This document shows positions 60,042-64,000 of a DNA stretch of 64,000 bases, piece after piece. The stretch's first letter is position 1. Each line of letters opens with the position of its first letter. Source of the DNA: Chrysomallon squamiferum. Its lineage: Eukaryota > Animalia > Mollusca. A program made the translations under genes and the position numbers. The stretch is from assembly GCA_012295275.1 (NCBI GenBank), contig CM022679.1, positions 24,180,001 to 24,244,000 on the forward strand, read 5' to 3'. A model generated the notes under the pieces. That model saw nothing but the letters and a program-made list of their open reading frames with translations, was not told where the DNA came from and did no database searches.

Positions 60042-61188
60042 TTATTTAATTTAATTTAATTTAATTTAATTTAATTTAATTTAAGTTTCACATAATACGA
60101 CATCTGAAAGTATGTTTAGAGATAGTTTCAAAAATATCACAAATTTTCATTATACATAAATCCTGTTGTGAATTTATGATCTGTCATCATTTTAGATAAT
60201 GGATAATCAGACTGTAGGATTTTCCTTTTTATACTCAAATTTGTAAATATATTTCTATAGAATTAGCTGTGTTCACACTAGACTCACACGTGTGCCATCT
60301 CGTGAGCTATGATAAACGCGGACGTGAAACCTTCATCTTTAATAGCAGCGCAGCTTCTGATTGGGTTACACAGCCCCGTGATTGGTGCGTATCCTAAGAA
60401 AAAAAAAAAAAAAAAAAAGTATAAAAATATACAATTGACTTGGAATAAAATTAAAATAAAATCATCTATGTTGTAAGAGTTTTATTAAAATGAAATAATA
60501 TGAAAATACAAAATTTTTAGAATTTAAAAATATGATAATGTCTAACTGACTTATATTTTCTGAAATCAGATAGTGGAAAATTATGCATATTTCTTGAAAT
60601 GGTTCTAATGAGAAAACTAATGTGATTTAAAGAGAAGTCTACATTATATCTAAGATTTTGTTTATGTTTTGTGTTCATTTCATGAAGGACTGAACTGCAC
60701 TTAGAAAATTTCAGATAATGATGAGTGACAGGTAGATTCATTGAATGTTTTCTTGAAACACCGGCACGTTAATAATGCTTAAACCTGTACAACTATACTT
60801 TCTAAAACATTCTAACACTTAGAAAAGTTGAATAGCTTTAAACATATATTCATTAATTATTATATTAAGACATATTTAAAAGACTAGATGAAAGAGAAAT
60901 CAGATACGATGTAAAGTACCTGCAGGTCCCAGAGTTTCTCGCGTGAGTAGGACGGCTATGTCGTGCGTCTGGGGGTTAGGAGTCCACGTGAAGGTGCAAC
61001 GCCCATTGACAGAAATTGAGTACAGTTCTATACGCATCTTTCTTGGAAATTATACGTCTTTTCTAAAGAACAGGAACATAAAATTTCACTTGTAGATAAA
61101 AAAGAAAAAAAGAAACTTATTCGTTCCGATAATATTGCACTATAATTGAATGTGTTGTTATTATATTAATATTATTATTATTATTATT

Positions 61189-61244
<56 letters not shown>

Positions 61245-62627
61245 ATATACACACTGTATTTTCTTGCTCCAAACTACTAATAAACAATGAAATCTTTACC
61301 TCGTGTAATTCCAATTCCACAATTTTAACAAGAGATACTTTTATATTAACACCAAGACTGGAATGTTGATATACAGAATTAACCTGTAACAGACAGAGAA
61401 AACAGTTTTCATTTAATTATACATCATCAACCATTAGTATCAGAGGGTTGTTAGTTCTCAAGTACAATTATTTGAGAATTTATGACTTAATCAACATCTG
61501 CCATTGTACAGTCCCTTTTCACTAATTATTAGTAAAGAATATTTTGTATGTACATTCCCAAAGACAAGCAAAAACGACAGAAAAAGGAAATCACTGAAGT
61601 TGGTTATAACAAATGAATATGAACTATAAGAAAAGTAAAAATGGTAAAATGCTGAAATGAACGAAAGAATCAAATAACCAAAATAACGGGGAAAAAATAT
61701 AACGAATTAAAGAATGAAATAAAACAAAAACATAAAGAAATCCAGGAATGAGTAAATCCAAACAAATAAACAAAGATATATAACTAACTGACAAAAACTG
61801 GCGGACACTTACAATATTCATAAGAGTAAGTAGATATATTTTTAAGTTAGGTCTGCCCACTGCTCTGATCACAGTCTCGTCAACAGCTATTAACACTTCG
61901 AGGTGTTTGGCTTTTCTTCCTGTAGACCTTTTCTCCCGCCAGTGTTTATCCATTGTGTGGTCATCCGAGTCTGATAATCAAAACTAAAAAAAGTTAATAA
62001 ACGAAGACACAAGTTTCTTAAAGAAATACAAATACGCGAGAAAATAACAAAATGATTGACATCACCACCTGGTATTCCACATACCCACACACTCACACAC
62101 ACACACACACACACACAATGCATATATGAAGAAACACAAAAAAATATACACATACAAAAACACACAGAGAAAATGCATATACATACACACATTGATAGAA
62201 ATATACAAACACATAGATAGAAATAGACATACACATACGATATACAATGTTTTGTAACACAAATTGACAGCAATAAGACATCTTCCATATCAGTTATCAT
62301 AGAAGGAAAATATTTGTTTACATTTCATTTTTGCGCCTGTCATTCGAATACTGGGACTGAATCTACAACTATTACAGACCGGATATATGTTGAATATGTA
62401 TGTGTGTTTGTGTGTGTGTATATATATATCTATATATATATATATATACAGAGTTTATCATAGAATATACATGTAAAATATTTTTTTTATATATTTACAG
62501 ATATGAGCGAAAAACTAACAATCGAATAAATTGGATGTTTGGAAAAAATTGAACATATCTGCAAGAATTCAATTTTTATTCATATGTATCTAAATAAAAA
62601 TCTTCATGTCCGAGTTCTGGGACACCC

Positions 62628-62663
<36 letters not shown>

Positions 62664-63995
62664 AAAGAGAGACCCGAGGGAGAGAGAGAGTCATTGTCTG
62701 TAACGAAACTGGTGGAGTCCAGTCATTGTCTGTAGAAACTGTTTCCCTGCCCTCACAGGTGTAAATTAGGTGTGTTTTCATTCCTGCATGATGTTGTCGA
62801 TGTGACTTTGCAGGTTCTATGTATAACATTTCCTCATTTGTCTGTATGTAACCAGCCTGCAAACAAAAAACACACAGGAAAATGATAGGTGAATCTGTGT
62901 CAGAAGAAGAAGGACAAACGAACAACAGAAAGAGCTTCCATGAGCCGAACTGGAAAACTGCACCCGGCGCCACTACAATTATTATTTTAAAAATAAAAAT
63001 ATTGCACTTAACTTTATCTCACATTTTACATTCTTTTTGTGTGAAGTTCTCGATTCGCCATGGCTTCATTCGATAACAAAATATCTATTTACATGTTGAT
63101 TATAAACTTAACTGTTATACTTTATAATTATGGAATGTAACTAATGTCAGCCTAAAAAAAAAATCTATTAAATTTGGACGATGTACAAAAGCCGTTGTAA
63201 TTTTTCCTCCTATTGAAGTGTTTTCGTGCAGCTTATTAACTTATAAGTCTGCTAAACTAATCACGAATAGAACAGATTCTATGAATTCTATCTCGAGTAA
63301 GGTACTTAGATGAATATGCACTTTCTAAAAATTGATTGCAGTCATTCACCTTATAGCTGTTAAGTACATGCTAAATATGATGCATGTTATAATATCTACC
63401 AGAAACTTTCTTCAGCTTTTACTTTATAAATAATTGTTATGAAATTGCTTTCTCTTTCGCGGGATGGGTTAGAAAACTGATATATAATTTATTCAAAAAA
63501 TGTACAGCAAGACTCTGGCAATTTCTAGATGGGAAAACGGTGGGTTGAGATGACCTTGATCAGTTAGCTGTTGTTGAAGGTAACAGAGCCAACGCTGTCA
63601 TAGTGTTTATTTACGTAACACACGCATACACACACACCCAGACTGTTAACTTACAACTCCTAGGCATGTCGACACGGCCACGTAGGAATTCACTTGACCT
63701 CGCACGTAACCGTGGTAAAAGCATCTTGCGTCCAGCAACTCGGACACCGTCTCGTTCCCTTCGGTCCACTCTGAAACCGACATCGGCGTCACCACGTCGT
63801 TTCTGTACAGAACCAGCTCGAGTTTGTGACGTCTCCACGACAACTGCAGCATGAAGGCGTCGCGAACCGGCTCGACAGCATCTGCCGTCGTGTCGCCGGG
63901 AAGAGAGGATGGCACGTGACGTTGTCTGACGTCGACGACGTGGGGATAGGTTATTTCCAAACGTCTGACTGAACAAGGCGGCTTGAAAGGAAGTT
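46669..63995 (-). CDS. ADAMTS metalloprotease, ADAMTS2/3/14 (procollagen N-proteinase)-like, 5'-partial; one apparent frameshift and one missing exon in this sequence
   Basis: Exons (descending): 63655-63995, 62757-62856 (prodomain; donor less certain), 61813-61970 (furin REKR), 61300-61383, 60920-61062 (FCQW / HDIAVLLTR; one extra base), 60288-60393 + 59589-59732 (GYAPITGLC..HEMAHVFGLMHD zinc motif, IMAP Met-turn), 58974-59109, 55751-55893 + 55220-55283 (TSP1, WSAWSMWSSC), 54866-54971, 54249-54382, 52753-52873 (Cys-rich), 52467-52553, 52050-52213, 50176-50314 (spacer), 49764-49896, 48835-49054, 47433-47565 (three more TSP1), 46669-46907 (PLAC CC..C plus basic tail, stop TAA). The GPAG-GYAP.TG.C pattern is typical of the ADAMTS2/3/14 clade. 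Confidence 0.92.
52856..54030 (-). repeat. 47-48 bp minisatellite (~24 copies) made of an ADAMTS intron/exon junction
   Basis: Unit on - strand: CAGAATTAGTATGTTTTGTTGTTACAG|AGACTTGGTTGTGATGGAATA. The last copy (acceptor 52874-52875) is the true exon start RLGCDG; copies degrade with distance from it. Confidence 0.95.
56428..56915. repeat. ~32 bp minisatellite (~15 copies) in ADAMTS intron
   Basis: Unit ACACTAAACTACTGAACTCAGATATCTTATAC, with a variant class ...CTGACAGACAGATATC... Confidence 0.9.
56960..57420. repeat. Diverged ~55-60 bp tandem repeat in ADAMTS intron
   Basis: Recurring GTATCACAACAGTTTAAAT...ATTAGTATACTGATGTTAATAAGTAATTT, about 7 copies. Confidence 0.75.
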
Positions 63996-64000
63996 CTGAA

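Noticed and set aside
63603-63976. Overlapping 83-aa and 121-aa ORFs over the ADAMTS prodomain exon (similarly 32555-32915 over claudin B)
   Set aside because: Shadow frames of GC-richer true exons.
46669-63995. Calling the ADAMTS a pseudogene
   Set aside because: 19 of 20 detected exons are open with intact splice sites, zinc motif and cysteines; the two defects are compatible with assembly error.

Overview
AT-rich, microsatellite-dense eukaryotic (animal) genomic DNA. The gene content and the degenerate SINE copies suggest a mollusc, possibly a gastropod (inference). Almost all ORFs in the supplied track are simple-repeat artefacts. Manual GT-AG exon assembly gives five spliced genes. (1) A 5'-truncated corin-like type II transmembrane-type serine protease on + (SEA-Fz-Fz-LDLa-LDLa-SRCR-trypsin, 6074-18441). 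(2,3) Two tandem 4-coding-exon claudin/PMP22-superfamily tetraspan genes on - (23188-27362, 32662-38151). (4) A cyclophilin PPIase on + (41570-45167), with an in-frame upstream ATG at 41480 adding a mitochondrial-type presequence. (5) A 5'-truncated ADAMTS2/3/14-like metalloprotease on - (46669-63995). The most unusual signals are: about 24 tandem copies of an ADAMTS splice acceptor plus exon start, most also carrying a GTATGT donor; a ~350-bp inverted repeat between claudin B and cyclophilin that puts the same splice donor on both strands; an apparent +1 frameshift at UCC-UAA in an ADAMTS catalytic-domain exon; and an ADAMTS exon that cannot be found. All gene models are hand-built and unverified by RNA data.
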